In this document: positions 40,027 to 51,003 of the stretch, piece by piece
Numbering within the stretch: position 1 is the stretch's first letter
Layout of the letters: every line of letters starts with the position of its first letter
DNA from: an uncultured delta proteobacterium
GTDB taxonomy: Bacteria > Desulfobacterota > Syntrophobacteria > BM002
Direction of reading: 5' to 3'
Assembly (NCBI GenBank): GCA_963712115.1
Contig: CAVQGX010000018.1
Location: forward strand, 1-64,000
DNA length: 64,000 nucleotides
Program-made: the position numbers and the translations under genes
Notes under the pieces: model-generated
Databases searched by the model: none
What the model was told of the DNA's origin: nothing
What the model saw: only the letters and a program-made list of their open reading frames with translations

Positions 40027-41048
40027 ATTTCGAGGTAACTCCTTGCCAGCTCCAACACAAGCGCTGTTTCCCCTGGGGGCTTACTGGTTTTTTCCGACTC
40101 TCCTTTCGAATCATGGGCCGGACTTTTTGAATGCCATGGAACGACTGTCACCTTTGCCCCCTGTGGTCCCCAAATTCGAGGGTCGGTGGGACCGAACAGG
40201 GCAATGGTTGGCGTGTTGCAGGCAGCTGCCAAATGGGTAATACCGGAGTCGTTCCCCAGATAAAGAGAACTGTGCTTCATTAAAGCGGCCAGTTTTCCCA
40301 ACCGCCAATTATTTGCCAGTAGAAGTGAGGTCGATCCCACCTCAGAGCATAATTGCTGGACGATATGTCTGTCAGCAGGTCCCTCAATTAAAGAAATCTT
40401 AATCTTATTGTTACTTGATATTCTCATTATAACATCAAGCCAACCAGTGACTGACCACAGCTTCTTTCTTCCACCGCTGCCGGGATGCAACAAAACCAGC
40501 TGGTTTCCCGCCGTCACATTGTCCTGAACAAATCTGCGGGCCTCGAGAAAATCTTCCTGGGAAGGTGCAATAACTGGAGCGGGGCAGGGGAGGGAGGGAA
40601 TGCCTAGCTCTTCCAGTTGGCGGCATTGGTAATCAGAAACATGCAGGCCGAGATCCGGCTCTGGAAAAGGATCAATGCGGTATGAGGGTTTTTCATATAT
40701 CCTGGCAAGATTGTCAACAAGCGTCTGGCTGGAAGAACGGCAGAAGGCGAAAATAGAGTCTACCGGGGGCAATGAAGCAAATACTCCTGTCTCCAACTTT
40801 CCCTTCGAGTTGTAGAGGGGAGCCCAGCGCTTCTCCGCACAGTTGAGCACAACGTCGAAGTAGGGGCGAGAATGAATGATCTCTAAAATAGAGGGATTGC
40901 CTAGGAAGATGAAGCGAGTTTTAGAGTAAAAACGATGAATAGCCTCAAGCGGGGGCAGGCTTAAGATAAAGTCGCCGATAGCACCCTGGTGGACGATAAG
41001 AGTAGACTTCACGATTTCCCGGTTAGACCGGTCTGTAGGCAGAATCAA
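40023..41048 (-). CDS. Glycosyltransferase family 9 (heptosyltransferase-like)
   Basis: GAIGD, HPGSG..KK.W, GNDSG.THLAAA, FGPT.P..WGP. Confidence 0.9.
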   Translation of the reverse strand: MILPTDRSNREIVKSTLIVHQGAIGDFILSLPPLEAIHRFYSKTRFIFLGNPSILEIIHSRPYFDVVLNCAEKRWAPLYNSKGKLETGVFASLPPVDSIFAFCRSSSQTLVDNLARIYEKPSYRIDPFPEPDLGLHVSDYQCRQLEELGIPSLPCPAPVIAPSQEDFLEARRFVQDNVTAGNQLVLLHPGSGGRKKLWSVTGWLDVIMRISSNNKIKISLIEGPADRHIVQQLCSEVGSTSLLLANNWRLGKLAALMKHSSLYLGNDSGITHLAAACNTPTIALFGPTDPRIWGPQGAKVTVVPWHSKSPAHDSKGESEKTSKPPGETALVLELARSYLEI

Positions 41049-41276
41049 AAACCGGTGGCTTTTATTGGAAAGGTTTCAGTGTTCAGGTTTCAGATTTTAC
41101 CCTTGATTTTTCTTTTTGCTGACACCTGAAACCTGACACCTGAAACCCTGAGATTTGGTGTTTGGAATTTGATATTTTGCAATTCTCCACTACTCCAATA
41201 CTCCATTGCTCCAATAAGTAATTTCTTTGCTCAGTATGCTACACTCGCTCTGAATTTATGAAGGCTACAAGAAACT

Positions 41277-41549
41277 TTACTTGCATCCACCCTTCTGCGC
41301 ATTCCGCTTTCTTTCCGACCACCGTAGAATAGCTCCCACGATGCCGCCCGGTTCTTCAGGTTTTTCAGATTCAGATCGACTGTCAGATTTGAGCTTCTCC
41401 ACACCACCGCTAGCGGCAATAGCTGTTTGCAGACAGTCGCGCAAGTGGTCACAGAAGCGGCAGTTCTCCTGAGGCTGAATGATGCCGTTTTCATCCCTGG
41501 GCATGCAAGATTCAGGAATGCCAAAGCAAGAAGGCCTGTCGTCAACCAT
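41277..41549 (-). CDS. Small Cys-containing hypothetical protein
   Basis: CFG..C..CxxC...C pattern; follows khpA. Confidence 0.6.
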   Translation of the reverse strand: MVDDRPSCFGIPESCMPRDENGIIQPQENCRFCDHLRDCLQTAIAASGGVEKLKSDSRSESEKPEEPGGIVGAILRWSERKRNAQKGGCK

Positions 41550-41600
41550 AAATTCTACCCAGAAGACCAAAGAGCTGCGAGCTCGACAAAGTTGAATGGC

Positions 41601-41843
41601 TCAGAGCCCCTCTTCTTCAATGATCTCAAGAACTACACGCTTTTTGAGCTTAGCAGAGGCAGCGTTGAGGATTGTGCGCATAGCCTGGGCATTACGCCCT
41701 CGTTTGCCAATTACCTTGCCGAGGTCCTCTTTGGCTGTTCTCAGTTCGATTACTGAGGCATGTTCTCCTGCGACCTCGCTCACTCTCACCTGATCAGGAT
41801 GTTCAACCAGCGCCTTCGCCATAATTTCAATTAACTCTCTCAC
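41601..41843 (-). CDS. khpA: KH-domain RNA-binding protein
   Basis: [17 protein letters not shown]; GGAGG RBS. Confidence 0.93.
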   Translation of the reverse strand: MRELIEIMAKALVEHPDQVRVSEVAGEHASVIELRTAKEDLGKVIGKRGRNAQAMRTILNAASAKLKKRVVLEIIEEEGL

Positions 41844-42050
41844 TGTCGCACCTCCATTGTCAACTGTGACAACGTCCGATATAAGATCATGCGGGAAAAT
41901 TGGAGTCGAGGATTTTTAGCGCAGATGATCGCTTCGACAAAATATATTCAGCCAATTGCTGCTGAGTCAAGCCTTTTTGCTATATGGGTTCGCTTCCGAG
42001 ATTTGCAGGACAAACGGCGGAAAGGGATTATTATCTTTTGGGACGGGGCC

Positions 42051-42854
42051 CTAGAGGGGATTACCAAGCACTTGTAAGAATTCCAGGACATGAGAAATTA
42101 CAATGGTCAAGATCACTCCAAGGGCAAGGAATCCCATTATGACAAGCGGCAGGAGGAGGGCAAAAAAAACTTTGGTTTTAGAGGTGTGGTGGGCCTGGCT
42201 AAGACCAACAAAGTATAACACTATTGCCCAAAGGGGCATTACTATCCTGCCCAGAAAGGGAATTACATTGATGATGGAGGTCGCGCCAGAGGCGTAGGCC
42301 ATCACCTGAAAGGTGGCTGAAAATGGACGTCGGCTTGCGAGTAGAATTCTAAGAACTAGGTGGACGAGCCCTGCAGCGAGGAAGATGAGGGCTAAGAATA
42401 GAACAGGAGTAAGCAAGATGGTACCAGCAAAGCGGACGGTGTTGTCTAAAGCGTTGCTTTCTATAATACCGTAGTGAATACCGAGGAGGGTAATCCAATA
42501 GCGGCCAATAATTTGTCCCAGAGATCCATAGATAAGCAAATATACAAGAGCGTTGCCTATACCAGCGTCGTAGTTTAAAGCTGAAAAGATAGCTGAGGGG
42601 CGAAAGAGAATGGACTTGCTGGTCCGCCAGAAGGCGGCCATATCCAACCATGAGCTTCGCATCTCCCACTCCACCCTCGGGGATTGTACCATCTTGCGCG
42701 CACCTTGTACGGAAGACGCCACTGACGAAACTTGTTCATCGGGGTAGATTATGAGTGTTTGGCAGCGAGGGCAAAAGAACGGCTGCTCTACAGTCATGCG
42801 GTTTGTGGCGCTGATTGCTCCCGCAAATTTACATTTTGGACAGCGAATAATCAT
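42051..42854 (-). CDS. Zinc-ribbon + YIP1 family membrane protein
   Basis: CPKC..CPRC, then a multi-TM YIP1 pattern (TF.V.AY..IPFLG..W). Confidence 0.8.
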   Translation of the reverse strand: MIIRCPKCKFAGAISATNRMTVEQPFFCPRCQTLIIYPDEQVSSVASSVQGARKMVQSPRVEWEMRSSWLDMAAFWRTSKSILFRPSAIFSALNYDAGIGNALVYLLIYGSLGQIIGRYWITLLGIHYGIIESNALDNTVRFAGTILLTPVLFLALIFLAAGLVHLVLRILLASRRPFSATFQVMAYASGATSIINVIPFLGRIVMPLWAIVLYFVGLSQAHHTSKTKVFFALLLPLVIMGFLALGVILTIVISHVLEFLQVLGNPL

Positions 42855-43177
42855 TGCATTTCATATTTAACGTTTACTTGCAATCGCTTCGCTCTGAACT
42901 ATCCTCAGAGTGCTCTGGCCATCTTCGAAGGACTCTACTCCAATTTTGAATAATAACATTATCCCCAGAGAGTTCATACCAATTCCTGTAGGAGCAAGCT
43001 GTGCGTGCCACGACGCAGAGCGCATTGCGCTGCGAGACGAGACTTTCAGCCGGCAGCTTACAACGGGCAGCTGGCAGGCAAAGAGTCACTTGCCTTCGGC
43101 GTCATTAGGTCACTACGCTCCGCTGTCATTTATTGTAAAAGGTTGAAGCCAGAGGTCAGAAGTCGGAGGTCGGAAGA

Positions 43178-43413
43178 CAGAGGGCAGCAGGTCACTAGGC
43201 ACTAAGGACTAGGCACTAAACACCAAATTATATAAGAATTCAGGAGTCAGAATCCAGAATCCAGCAGGGAGAAACATAAAGAGTGTTCTTCCATTTTGGC
43301 TACTGGCTCCTGACGCCTGGCTCCTTGAGCTTTAAGACTTGAACGACTTAAAAGACTTAAAAGACTTAAAAGATTTCCTTTGACCTATGAGCTTTCAGCT
43401 GTGAGCTGATTTG
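43178..43413. repeat. About 230-bp composite repeat; inverted copy at 55036-55261
   Basis: Near-identical; differs by one AAAAGACTT unit and one A. Confidence 0.92.
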
Positions 43414-43444
43414 GCGATTTCAACCGACAAATGATAAATGTGAG

Positions 43445-43510
43445 ATGCGTAACTGGGGCCCCAAAAAAAATTGGGGACTGAGCGGAGCGATGCGAGCGCG
43501 AAGAAACGAA
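43445..43510. repeat. About 65-bp repeat; second copy 45643-45710
   Basis: AACTGGGGCC...TTGGGGACTGAGCGGAGCGA.GCGAGCGCGAAGAAA. Confidence 0.8.
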
Positions 43511-43641
43511 CAGTGATAAGTGGCTGTCGACATTACAAAAAATACTTTGACACTTTTATCTGACTATGGTACTCAGAGGAGAAAACGAGCAGGGTGATGT
43601 CAAACAACTTCGTCAGAAGCAGCTAGATGGAGTAATTGGGC

Positions 43642-44490
43642 ATGGCAGAGCAATTTGGGCGCGTGGCAATAGTTGGCCTTGGTTTGAAGGGAGGATCACT
43701 CGCAATGGTCCTTCGGAAGAAGCGCATTGCCAGGGAGGTCGTTGGTATAGATACGAATCAGACTATTCTAACCAAAGCAGTTCACCGTAATATTGTGGAC
43801 CAAGCGGTAGCAGAACTTGCAGAAGGTCTACCCCAAGCAGATCTGGTAGTCATAGCAGTGCCAACTCAATCCGCCCCTGAGGTTTTGGCCAGCGTTGCGC
43901 CCCATCTTCAGGTCGGTACAGTTGTGTGCGATGTGGGAAGGCTAAAAGGGCCTGTACTGGAAAAAGCAGGAGAAATACTACCTGAGGAGAATCCTTTTGT
44001 GGGCTGCCATCCTGTGGTTTACATGGAGGATAAAGATATCGATGAGGCTTTTCCTGCTCTCTTCCAAAACCGGCCCTGCATACTCACACTGGGCAGAAGG
44101 CGGGATGAGGAGGCTGTCAAACGGATCAGGGAGATGTGGGAGGCGGCAGGGTGCAAGGTCGAGGAAATGGACCCGGAGGTTCATGACCGGCTTTTTTCCG
44201 TACTAGAGGATCTTCCCGTCTTACTCATAAGACTTATCCATAAAGCTGCGGGTCAAGTAAGCCGCTATGTGGATGAGGTGGAAGATTATTTTAGCAGAGA
44301 GCTCAAAGAGATCGCCAAGATTGATGCCACCATTTCTCAGCAGGTGACGGAGAGATTTTGGGCTAATCGCAAATCAATTGTCCATGTTCTTGCCTATTAT
44401 CGCCTCAAACTAAAAGAAGTGAGCGAAGTACTACAGGGAGGAAGTCTCGATGATCTGAAGGCCCTATTGCAGCCGAGATATCGAGCATAA
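43642..44490 (+). CDS. Prephenate/arogenate dehydrogenase-like protein (divergent)
   Basis: Rossmann GLGL.GGS, DVG..K, G.HP, M.PE.HD. Confidence 0.8.
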   Translation: MAEQFGRVAIVGLGLKGGSLAMVLRKKRIAREVVGIDTNQTILTKAVHRNIVDQAVAELAEGLPQADLVVIAVPTQSAPEVLASVAPHLQVGTVVCDVGRLKGPVLEKAGEILPEENPFVGCHPVVYMEDKDIDEAFPALFQNRPCILTLGRRRDEEAVKRIREMWEAAGCKVEEMDPEVHDRLFSVLEDLPVLLIRLIHKAAGQVSRYVDEVEDYFSRELKEIAKIDATISQQVTERFWANRKSIVHVLAYYRLKLKEVSEVLQGGSLDDLKALLQPRYRA

Positions 44491-44765
44491 GCAGCTTTAT
44501 TCAGTCTCATGACCGCACAATTATTTATCTTAGGTGGGCCTTCAAAATTCTAAATCCTAAGCACGAAGCACGAAACAAATTCAAAATACCAATTCTTCAA
44601 TGTTCAAAATAAAATTGAACAAATAGACTCATCCTCGGTTTTGGTCCTTTGAATTTGGTGAATTCGAATTTGTTTCGGATTTCGATATTCGGATTTCGGA
44701 TTTCTATTGGTCTAATATTTTTATGCTGCCCGGCATAGGTCTTTTTGGGAATAGATGATTTGCCT

Positions 44766-45542
44766 ATGGCCAGACCGTCTCCTGATCCTTCCATCACAAT
44801 TCCTCAGCTTGACGACCATCAGTCTAGGCCTCTTATGGCAAAAATGGCGCGTCTTTTACGCCAAATAGGCGCCTTGAAGGAGACTGAGCGATTCCGCCAA
44901 AACCTGAGACTGCCTCAGGAGGCCCTACGTTTGAGCCAACGGGCCTTTCGATTGTATGACGAATACCTAGTTTATGCCCTCAAAGAGCTAGGGAAAAAAG
45001 GCTGGCAGGTCTATTGCGCTCCGGGTTGTGCTGCCTGCTGTTTTAGCATGCCTGCAGGAATCAGCAATTGGGAGTTTCTCATAATTTATGATCATCTCCA
45101 GCAGGATGGACAACTTTCAAAGTTCTTCAGGAGAAATCTTGAAAGTTGCCAAGTACTCGCCCGGGTGAGTGGGCAACTGTTTGATGGGTGGACCAAGAAG
45201 GGAACCGAAGACAAGTCCAGATACGAGAGGCTTTTGCACGATTACATCCTGGCTAAACACCCCTGTGCTTTCCAAGGCGAATCACAGGATTGTCAGATCT
45301 ACTCGGTGCGACCACTGGCTTGTCGAATGCATTTTGCTTTCACCCCGCCTGAGTTATGTGACCCAACTCATCCCCATTTTTCTCAGGCAGTTCGTCTCAA
45401 TCTAAGTCCTCACGGTGATGCTGATGAGGAGTTGAAAAAGCTAGACTCCCGCCTAAACCTTGGCATTAGCGATCTCCTGGCTCCTGGGCTGGTCTCGCTG
45501 ACGGCCAATGTCCTGCGCTTCTCTCCTATTTCATGGATATAA
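44766..45542 (+). CDS. YkgJ-family cysteine-cluster protein
   Basis: C.PGCAACC, C.F...C.IY.VRPLACR. Confidence 0.85.
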   Translation: MARPSPDPSITIPQLDDHQSRPLMAKMARLLRQIGALKETERFRQNLRLPQEALRLSQRAFRLYDEYLVYALKELGKKGWQVYCAPGCAACCFSMPAGISNWEFLIIYDHLQQDGQLSKFFRRNLESCQVLARVSGQLFDGWTKKGTEDKSRYERLLHDYILAKHPCAFQGESQDCQIYSVRPLACRMHFAFTPPELCDPTHPHFSQAVRLNLSPHGDADEELKKLDSRLNLGISDLLAPGLVSLTANVLRFSPISWI

Positions 45543-45705
45543 CATTTCTCATTTCTCATCTGTCATTTGCTATTTGGCAATTGTGATTTATCATTAAATA
45601 CTACTCTGCCGCGATTACCAGTGGCGGATATCGAATGAAGAAATGCGAAACTGGGGCCTCGACCAAGAGGTTGGGGACTGAGCGGAGCGAGGCGAGCGCG
45701 AAGAA

Positions 45706-48700
45706 ATGAAAAATGATAACTGCATCAGGATAATAGGTGCAAAACAGAATAATCTAAAAAATCTGAGCCTGGACCTTCCCCGGGGACAACTTATCGCCGT
45801 TACTGGTGTGAGTGGCTCCGGCAAGTCAAGCCTGGCCTTGGAAACTCTTTATGCTGAGGGTCAACGGCGCTATGTTGAAACCTTCTCGCCCTATGCCCGC
45901 CAGTTCCTGGACAGACTTGACAGACCTCAGGTGGAGGCCATTATTGGCATCCCTCCAGCCATAGCCATAGAGCAAGGAAACCGCATCAAAAGTTCCCGTT
46001 CCACTGTGGGCACAATAACGGAACTTGCAGACCATCTCAAATTGCTCTTTGCCCGAACCGGAGTGCTCCATTGTGGGCAATGCGCCAGACCTGTTCATCA
46101 GGATAGCCTTGAGAACATTTGGTCCTCACTATCAAACGTCCCAGCAGAAACCCCGGCTCTGATAACTTTTCCATTGGAAAAGGAGGGTCGAACCATTGAG
46201 GATATTCGTCTCTATTTGTGGCGTCATGGGTTCCGTCGTCTTTGGCACCAGGGAAAAATACTTAACCTGGATGAACAGTCGATTCCTAATGACGAGCATC
46301 TTGATGTGTTGGTGGATAGAACTGTCTGGAGTCCGGAGAATAGAAAGCGGGTTTTTGACTCGATGGAGCAGGCCTACCATTTCGGCGAGGGTAAGCTCAA
46401 GGTAGTATTCCCCCCTGAGGTCGAGTATCAATTCTCAGCCACATACCATTGTGCTTTCTGTGACATTAGCTATCCTGCCCCCTCATCCCATCTCTTTTCC
46501 TTTAACAGTCCCTTGGGTGCCTGCGAGACCTGTCGAGGCTTCGGCCGAATTATCGATGTGGACCTCGATTTGGTGATACCAGACAAAAACTTGTCCTTGA
46601 AAAAGGGTGCAATCAAGCCGTGGTCCACAGGGCGGATGGAATACTATGATCTTATGGATTTCTGCACCGCGTTGGGAATCCCCACAGATATGCCCTTTAA
46701 CAAACTGTCACCAGGCCAGCAGGAGGCAGTAATAGAAGAAAGTGACGAATTCTACGGAGTCCGCGGCTTCTTTCGCTGGCTCGAAACCAAGACTTACAAG
46801 ATGCACGTTCGGGTTTTTCTTTCCCGCTACCGGGCCTATCTCACCTGTCCAGCCTGCGGAGGGAGTCGTTTTCAGCCTCTCACTCTGCTTTATCGGGTAG
46901 GTGATATGAACATTTCCGAAGTCAACCAGATTTCCATTACTCGGGCGCTGGTTTTTTTTAGACAGGTTGCCGGGACAATCAAGGCTGACCCTGCGTCTGC
47001 CTTGGTGTGCAGAGAGATCATTGCCCGTCTTACTTATTTGTCGGAAGTGGGGCTCGGCTATTTGAGTATGGATAGATCATCTCGTAGCCTTTCCGGAGGT
47101 GAGGTTCAGCGGGTCCACTTAACCCGTGCGCTGGGTTCACCGCTGGTCAATACTCTCTATGTGTTAGATGAGCCCAGTGTGGGTTTGCATCCCCGGGACA
47201 ACCAGAGACTGATAAACATCCTTAGGGCTCTCACACGCCAGCACAACACAGTAGTGGTAGTGGAGCACGACCCAGAGATCATTCGCGCCAGCGACTACCT
47301 CGTAGATCTGGGCCCGGGAGCAGGAGAGCGGGGCGGGGAGGCAGTATTTGCTGGACCCAGCGCTGATGTGGCTTCCGCCGAAAACTCTAGAACTGCTTTG
47401 TATCTCACTGGCCGCAGTCGCATCTCCCGACCAGGCAAAAGAAGAAAACCTCGTTCAGACCGTTGGTTGAATTTACTGGGCATAAAAACGCATAACCTCC
47501 AAAACCTTGATGTGCGCATTCCTTTGGGGCTTATGGTTGCTGTAACCGGAGTGTCCGGTTCCGGGAAAAGCACCTTAGTAGAAGAGGTACTCTATCGCAA
47601 CTGGCTTCGGGCCAAGGGGCTTGCCACTGACCCCCCTGGTTACTGTCGGAAGATAGAGGGTTGGAAGCATATCAACGATGTGGTGCTCATTGATCAGCAG
47701 CCCATTGGAAGATCTCCCCGGGCCAATCTGCTTACTTACACCGGAGCTTTGACCCCCATAAGGGATTTGTTTGCCAGGACGGATTTGGCAAAGCTGAGGA
47801 AATACGGTCCCGGTCATTTCTCCTTCAATGTGCCGGGTGGTCGCTGTGAGGCCTGTGCCGGCCAGGGATCCGAGAAAGTTGAGATGCAGTTTCTGGCTGA
47901 TGTTTATTTGGAATGTGGAGTGTGTAAAGGGAGCCGTTTCCGGGAAGAAATCCTGGAGGTGAGCTACCGGGGTTTTTCAATTGGACAGGTTTTGGGACTG
48001 ACCCTAAATGAAGCCATGGACCTCTTTGCAGATGAGCCGCGAGTCTTACGTGCTCTCTCCTTCCTGATTGGAGTGGGATTGGATTATCTGCGATTGGGAC
48101 AGCCCATCAGTACACTTTCGGGCGGTGAGAGTCAACGCTTGAAGCTTGCCCGCTCCCTGCAAGTAAAGGGTGACAAAAATACCCTAATCATCCTGGATGA
48201 ACCAACCACAGGGCTCCATGCTGATGACACCAAGTTGCTGGTGAAGACCTTGAATCGTCTTGTTGATGGAGGGAGCACAATTGTGGTGGTGGAACATAAT
48301 CTGGACGTAGTCCAATCTGTGGACCATGTAATTGACCTCGGCCCGGAAGGAGGAGATGAAGGAGGTAAGGTAGTCGCTGCAGGCACGCCAGAGGAAATCA
48401 GCAAGTCTTCAAAATCCCATACGGGCCGTTTTCTTGCCAAATACTGGGAGTCCACTGAAGAGGTCGTTGCCACCGGCAAGTTGCCCCAAAGCACTGATGA
48501 CCATGAGTTAGTGATGATCCGTGGCGCTCGGGAACATAATTTGAGAAATCTAAACCTGGATCTGCCCCGCGAGCAGCTAGTGGTAATTACCGGTGTGTCC
48601 GGGTCGGGCAAATCAACCCTGGCATTCAACGTCCTATTTGCCGAGGGCCAGCGCCGCTATTTGGATAGTCTTTCGACCTTTGCCAGGCAATATCTACCTA

Positions 48701-51003
48701 TTCTGGATCGGCCTGAGGCCGAGGAGATAAGCGGAGTGCCCCCAACTGTGGCCATTGATCAACGGAGCAGTCAAATGGGGCCTCGCTCCACTGTGGCAAC
48801 TATAACTGAGATCTATCACTACCTTCGCCTTCTGTTCAGCAAGGTAGGAGAGCCACACTGCCCAACCTGCGGTGACGGTATTAGCGCTATGAGCCCGGAA
48901 CAAATAACCCGAGACATGCGCCAAAAATTCAAAAGTAAGAATTTAATATTGCTTGCCCCCAAAATAATTGGTCGCAAGGGGTTTCACCGCCAGATCCTGG
49001 AGCGAGCTGTGGTTCAAGGCTATGACCAGGCCCGCATAGACGGCCAGTTATTATCTCTAGATCCTATTCCGAAGTTGAGACGATTTCAGGAACACGATGT
49101 GGAGATAGTCATTCGCAGGTGGCAAAGGCTTTTAAAGAAAAACGATATTCAACTCGCAGAGGCAGTGGACGAAGCCCTGGCTGTGGGCGATGGGCAAGTG
49201 GTCGCCTGGGGTGGTAACGGAAGAGAGGTGTTCTACAGCCGTCGTTTGACCTGCGGTCGTTGCCACCTCGGAATGCCTAGCCTCGATCCCCGGCTGTTCT
49301 CATTCAACAGCAGGCATGGCGCCTGCGAGGGTTGCGAAGGTGTCGGCCGATCGAGAGGTTCCGGGGATGAATCGGTCTGTATGGTATGCAATGGCTCTAG
49401 ATTGAACCAAACGGCTTTGAGCGTCAGGATTGGGGGTTTGAATATATGGGAAGTCTGTGCTCACTCTGTGTCAGCCGCCCGCGAGCTTTTCCTTTCTTGG
49501 CAGTTTGCCGGCCGAGAGGCTAAGATTGCCCAACCTCTTATTGATGAGATTCTCAACCGTCTCCATTTCCTCGAACAGGTAGGTCTAGGCTATCTGCACT
49601 TGGAGCGCAGTGCAGATACTCTGTCGGGTGGTGAAGCACAGAGGATCAGGTTAGCGGCTCAAATGGGGTCTAATCTGCGTGGCGTCTGCTACATTCTAGA
49701 TGAACCTACTGTTGGCCTTCATCCTCGTGACAATGAAAAGCTTTTGGAAACGCTCACTGAACTAAAGCGGAAAGGCAACACAATTGTAGTCGTCGAGCAC
49801 GATGAGGAGACGATCAGGAGGGCAGATCACCTCATTGATTTAGGTCCAGGTGCCGGGCAACACGGGGGTAATTTGGTTGCCAGTGGCACCCTGGCGGATT
49901 TGCAAAGAACACCTCAGTCAGTCACCGGCAGTTACCTGAATGGGGACGGTCGGAGGCGGTTAACTTCCAGGGAGAGGAAACCACCCTCAGGCAACTGGCT
50001 CAAACTGCACGGGGCTCGGGCGCGCAATCTTAAAAATATAGATGTTTTCTTGCCCCTGGGAACCTTTAGCTGCGTTACCGGCGTATCAGGGTCCGGTAAG
50101 TCCACTCTAGTGGAAGAAACACTGTACAAGGCCCTGGCCACCAAATTAAACAAATCCGATATTCAACCGGGGTCTCACCAAGATTTGCTTGGTTGGGAGA
50201 ACCTGGACCGGGTAATGAAGGTGGATCACAGTCCCATTGGTCGGACACCTCGCTCTGTGCCGGCTACCTACGTGGGGGTTTTAACTGAGATACGGCGGCT
50301 TTTTGCTTTAACCCCCGAAGCACGAGCCAGAGGTTACGGGCCGGGTCGGTTTTCATTCAACCTAGCCACTGGAAGATGCCAGAATTGCAAGGGTCAGGGG
50401 CAAGTTAGGGTAGAAATGGCCTTTTTGCCCGATGTCTATGTTAAGTGTGAGCAGTGTGGTGGTCACCGTTACAATAGTGAAACTCTGGCAGTACGGTACA
50501 AGGGAAAGAACATAGCAGAAGTTCTAGGGATGACCCTGGAAGAAGGAGCGGATTTTTTTGGGGCAGTAGGCAAGATTCAGCGCTCACTGCAATTGCTTGT
50601 TGATCTAGGCTTGGGATACCTTGGCATGGGGCAACCCAGTCCTACACTCTCCGGTGGTGAGGCTCAGAGACTGAAGTTAGCAAACGAACTCGCCACCAAC
50701 CACAAGGCCCGGATCCTCTATATCTTGGATGAACCCACCACCGGCCTTCACATTGCTGATGTAGAAAAGCTGGTAAAGGTATTGCAGGCACTGGTTGATC
50801 GAGGTCACACCCTAGTGGTGATCGAGCACAACTTGGAAGTAATAAAAGAGGCTGATTACATTATCGACCTTGGCCCTGAGGGGGGTGATGGAGGAGGAGA
50901 AGTTGTGGCGTCCGGCTCGCCCGTGGAGCTGTTGAACAAAACAGAGAGATCATACACAGCGCGTTACCTTAAAGCATATCTTCAAGGCAGTAATGGCGCA
51001 TAA
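45706..51003 (+). CDS. uvrA: Excinuclease ABC subunit A, tandem double-length form
   Basis: Four TGVSGSGKS Walker A and four LSGGE motifs; EGQRRY twice; zinc fingers. Confidence 0.96.
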   Translation: MKNDNCIRIIGAKQNNLKNLSLDLPRGQLIAVTGVSGSGKSSLALETLYAEGQRRYVETFSPYARQFLDRLDRPQVEAIIGIPPAIAIEQGNRIKSSRSTVGTITELADHLKLLFARTGVLHCGQCARPVHQDSLENIWSSLSNVPAETPALITFPLEKEGRTIEDIRLYLWRHGFRRLWHQGKILNLDEQSIPNDEHLDVLVDRTVWSPENRKRVFDSMEQAYHFGEGKLKVVFPPEVEYQFSATYHCAFCDISYPAPSSHLFSFNSPLGACETCRGFGRIIDVDLDLVIPDKNLSLKKGAIKPWSTGRMEYYDLMDFCTALGIPTDMPFNKLSPGQQEAVIEESDEFYGVRGFFRWLETKTYKMHVRVFLSRYRAYLTCPACGGSRFQPLTLLYRVGDMNISEVNQISITRALVFFRQVAGTIKADPASALVCREIIARLTYLSEVGLGYLSMDRSSRSLSGGEVQRVHLTRALGSPLVNTLYVLDEPSVGLHPRDNQRLINILRALTRQHNTVVVVEHDPEIIRASDYLVDLGPGAGERGGEAVFAGPSADVASAENSRTALYLTGRSRISRPGKRRKPRSDRWLNLLGIKTHNLQNLDVRIPLGLMVAVTGVSGSGKSTLVEEVLYRNWLRAKGLATDPPGYCRKIEGWKHINDVVLIDQQPIGRSPRANLLTYTGALTPIRDLFARTDLAKLRKYGPGHFSFNVPGGRCEACAGQGSEKVEMQFLADVYLECGVCKGSRFREEILEVSYRGFSIGQVLGLTLNEAMDLFADEPRVLRALSFLIGVGLDYLRLGQPISTLSGGESQRLKLARSLQVKGDKNTLIILDEPTTGLHADDTKLLVKTLNRLVDGGSTIVVVEHNLDVVQSVDHVIDLGPEGGDEGGKVVAAGTPEEISKSSKSHTGRFLAKYWESTEEVVATGKLPQSTDDHELVMIRGAREHNLRNLNLDLPREQLVVITGVSGSGKSTLAFNVLFAEGQRRYLDSLSTFARQYLPILDRPEAEEISGVPPTVAIDQRSSQMGPRSTVATITEIYHYLRLLFSKVGEPHCPTCGDGISAMSPEQITRDMRQKFKSKNLILLAPKIIGRKGFHRQILERAVVQGYDQARIDGQLLSLDPIPKLRRFQEHDVEIVIRRWQRLLKKNDIQLAEAVDEALAVGDGQVVAWGGNGREVFYSRRLTCGRCHLGMPSLDPRLFSFNSRHGACEGCEGVGRSRGSGDESVCMVCNGSRLNQTALSVRIGGLNIWEVCAHSVSAARELFLSWQFAGREAKIAQPLIDEILNRLHFLEQVGLGYLHLERSADTLSGGEAQRIRLAAQMGSNLRGVCYILDEPTVGLHPRDNEKLLETLTELKRKGNTIVVVEHDEETIRRADHLIDLGPGAGQHGGNLVASGTLADLQRTPQSVTGSYLNGDGRRRLTSRERKPPSGNWLKLHGARARNLKNIDVFLPLGTFSCVTGVSGSGKSTLVEETLYKALATKLNKSDIQPGSHQDLLGWENLDRVMKVDHSPIGRTPRSVPATYVGVLTEIRRLFALTPEARARGYGPGRFSFNLATGRCQNCKGQGQVRVEMAFLPDVYVKCEQCGGHRYNSETLAVRYKGKNIAEVLGMTLEEGADFFGAVGKIQRSLQLLVDLGLGYLGMGQPSPTLSGGEAQRLKLANELATNHKARILYILDEPTTGLHIADVEKLVKVLQALVDRGHTLVVIEHNLEVIKEADYIIDLGPEGGDGGGEVVASGSPVELLNKTERSYTARYLKAYLQGSNGA

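Noticed and set aside
42874-43205. Short ORFs over repeat mosaics (also 5408-5677, 19218-19463, 44597-44797, 51921-52187)
   Set aside because: Low-complexity translations of repeat arms
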